A stretch of 64,000 nucleotides of DNA from Candidatus Rokubacteria bacterium RIFCSPLOWO2_02_FULL_73_56 (lineage in GTDB: Bacteria > Methylomirabilota > Methylomirabilia > Rokubacteriales > CSP1-6): contig MGCF01000114.1 in assembly GCA_001788495.1 (NCBI GenBank), forward strand, positions 1,074-65,073. Direction: 5' to 3'. This document shows, in pieces, positions 58,201 through 61,200 of this stretch. A model generated the notes under the pieces. It was not told the DNA's origin, did no database searches, and worked only from the letters and a program-made list of their open reading frames with translations. The stretch's first letter is position 1. Every line of letters starts with the position of its first letter. Both the position numbers and the translations under genes were made by a program.

Positions 58201-61200
58201 GGGCGTGACGCCGACGTTCCACGTCCGGTAGACCTTCCAGGCGACCACGTTCGAGCCCGCGGGGAAGCCCGTCGGCGCCGTGATCCGCACGGTCTGGTTG
58301 CCGCCGCCGAGGTCCACGCGGATCCGGTCGGAGGCGACCATCTCGCGGCCGTCGGCGTTCACGTACGTGATCCGGTAGTAGTACCGGCCGTTCGCCGCGA
58401 GCGCGCCGCCCGCCTGCGGGTCGAGCGTGAAGGCGTCGGCGTCCGGGAGGGCGGCCGCGCGCCCGGTCGGCTGGAACGAGCCGGTCGCCTGCCGGCCGAC
58501 CACCTCGGTCGTGGTACCGGCCGTCGTGTCCACGCGGAAGATGCGCCCGTCGAGCTGCAGCGTGTGCTCGAAGCCGGGCGTGGCGACGTTGGTGTCGCCC
58601 GCGATGAGGAACACGTTGGGGTTGCCGGGATCGGCGACGAAGGCGAGGTGCAGCCCCCACTGGCCGCCGGGGTTGAGCCCGAGCGGCGTCGGCGCGTCGT
58701 CCTGGATCTCCAGCGTGACCGGGCCGTTGTCCACGAACGTCCACGTGCCGCGGGCGCCCAGCGTGTCGTTCGTGTTGGCCGACGTGAGGACGCGGTTGAG
58801 CTGCGCGCCCTTGACGCCGGACGGGGGCGCGACCACCGCGTAGACCGTGGTCGCGTGGACGTTGGCCGGGTCGAGCGAGGGGCGCCCGTCCGGCTCCAGC
58901 ACGAAGCTCGCGGCGAACACGATCCGCCCCGCGTCGAGCCCGCGCGTCGTGAAGTCGTACGTGCGGTTCACGGCGGCGACGACCTCCTCCACCCGGGTGA
59001 CGCCGGTCTGGAGGTTGACGGTCAGGGTCTTCGCGACCGCGTCGTACTCGACGCTCTCCCGTCCGGCGAACCTCGCGAGCCTGTAGATCACCCGGAGGCC
59101 GTCGAGGTCGGCGCCGTTCCGTGCGGCCGTGTACCGGATGGACTCCACCAGCCCGGACGCGGGCGCCGCCACGCCGCCGCCCGCGGTCACGGCGGCCCGG
59201 TTCAGGGCGGGGACGGTGTCGCCGCCGACGACGGTCGCCGTGAACGGCGGCAGCGCCATCGCGTTGATCGCGGCGGCGACGTGGCTCGCGGTCGTGACGC
59301 CGCTCTGGATCTGCACGGTGATCCGGTTGGTGGCGGCGTCGTAGCTCGCCGTCTCGTTGCCGACCGTGACGCTGTCCACGTACTCGACCGTCAGCCCGTC
59401 GAACGCGGTCCCGGTGCGGTTCGCCGAGAACCGCACGGAGCCGAGCACGCCCGTGGACGCCGTCGTCGCGCCGCCGCCCGCCGTGACCGCGCCGCTCGGG
59501 CCGCCGCCGGCGACGACCGTCACGTTCGGGCCCGCCAGGGAGGCGGTGAAGGGCCGCACGTTCGCCAGCGCCGTCACGACCTGGTTCAGGGTGGAGACGC
59601 CGCTCGCGACGGCGAGCGTGAGCCGGTTCGTCGCCGCCTCGTAGCCCGCCCGCTCGTTGCCGGCCGTGACCGTGTTGACGAACTCGACCGTCAGCGCGTT
59701 GAGGTCGGCGCCCGTCCGCACGGCCGTGAACCGGAGGGTGCCGCCCGCGCCGCCCAGGATCCCGGTCGAGAGCGCGCCCGCCCCGCCCGCCGTCGGGACC
59801 GCGCCGTTGCGGATCGCGACCGTGACCGTGACGTCGGCGAGGGCCGCCCCGTACGCCGGGCTCGGCAGCCGGTTGATCGCGTCCACCACCTGCTGCGCCG
59901 TGGTCACGCCGCTCTCGATGCGGACGGTCAGCCGGTTGGCCACCGGGTCCCAGGTGGCCTGCTCGTTGCCGGCCGCCACGCCGCCGACGTACTGGATGGC
60001 GAGCCCGTTGAACGCCGCGCCGTTGCGGCTCGCCGTGACGCGCACCGTCGTCCCGGCCACCACCTCGCGCTCGCCGACGAAGGCCGCGTCGAACGCGCCC
60101 GCGGTGACCTGCGTGAGCGCCGCCGGCGCCGGCATCGTGCTCACCGCGGCGCCGGGCCCGCCGAGCGTCGCGACGAACGGCCGCTGGTCCGTGATGGCGG
60201 CGGCCACCTGCCCCGGGATGGTGCGGCCGTCCTCGATGACGACGCTCAGCACCCGGGTCGCGGGATCGTAGTGCGCCCGCTCGTTGCCGGCCGTCACGCC
60301 GCCCACGTAGGTCACGGTGAGATTGTCGAAGGCCGCGCCGGGCTGCCGCGCGGTGAAGCGCAGGCTGCCCGCGACCCCCGACGCGTTCGCGGCGACGGCG
60401 CCGCCGAAGGTCACCGTCGGGGTCGTCCCGACGCCGAGCGCCGCCGTCAGATCCACGACCGCGGCCGTGTAGTCGGCCGTCGGGGCGGCGAGGCGGTTCA
60501 CGGCCGCCCGGACGTCGCTGGCGCGCGACTGGCCGTCCTCGAGCGTGACCCGGAGGAGGTGCGTCCCCGCGTCGTAGGTCGCGCGCTCGCCGCCCCGCGT
60601 CGCGCCGCCGACGAACTCGACCCGCAGGCCGTTGAACTGGGCGCCGTTGCGCGTCGCCGTGAAGCGCACGCCGGCCAGGTCGCCCACGGCCGCGGTGCCG
60701 AGGTCGCCGCCCCGGGTCACGACGGTCGGCCCGCCGACGTTCACGGGCGCGTCGGGGGCGGCCGGCACGAGCGTAGCGGTGAACGCGGGCTGGGCCGTGA
60801 GCGCCGCCACGACCTGGGCGGGCGTCGTCCGCCCGTCCTCGATCGCGACCCGCAGCGTCTTCGTGTCGGGGTCGTAGCTCGCGCGCTCGGCCCCGGCCGT
60901 GGTGGCGTCCACGTAGACGACGCGCAGGCCGTCGAGCGCGGCGCCGTCGCGCACCGCCGTGAACTTGACCGCGCCGAGCAGGCCGAACGCGGGCGCGCCC
61001 ACGCCGGGCGTGACGGCCGCCGCGGCCACCACGCCCGTGGTCACCGTCGTCGTCGAGGCGACCGCGGCCGCCGTGTAGCCGGGCGCCGCCATCGCGTTCA
61101 CGGCGACGATGACCTGGTCGGCGCTCGAGACGCCCGCGGCGATCTGGACCGTCAGGGTGTTCGTCGCCGGGTCGTAGGTCGCGCGCTCCTTGCCCTGCTC

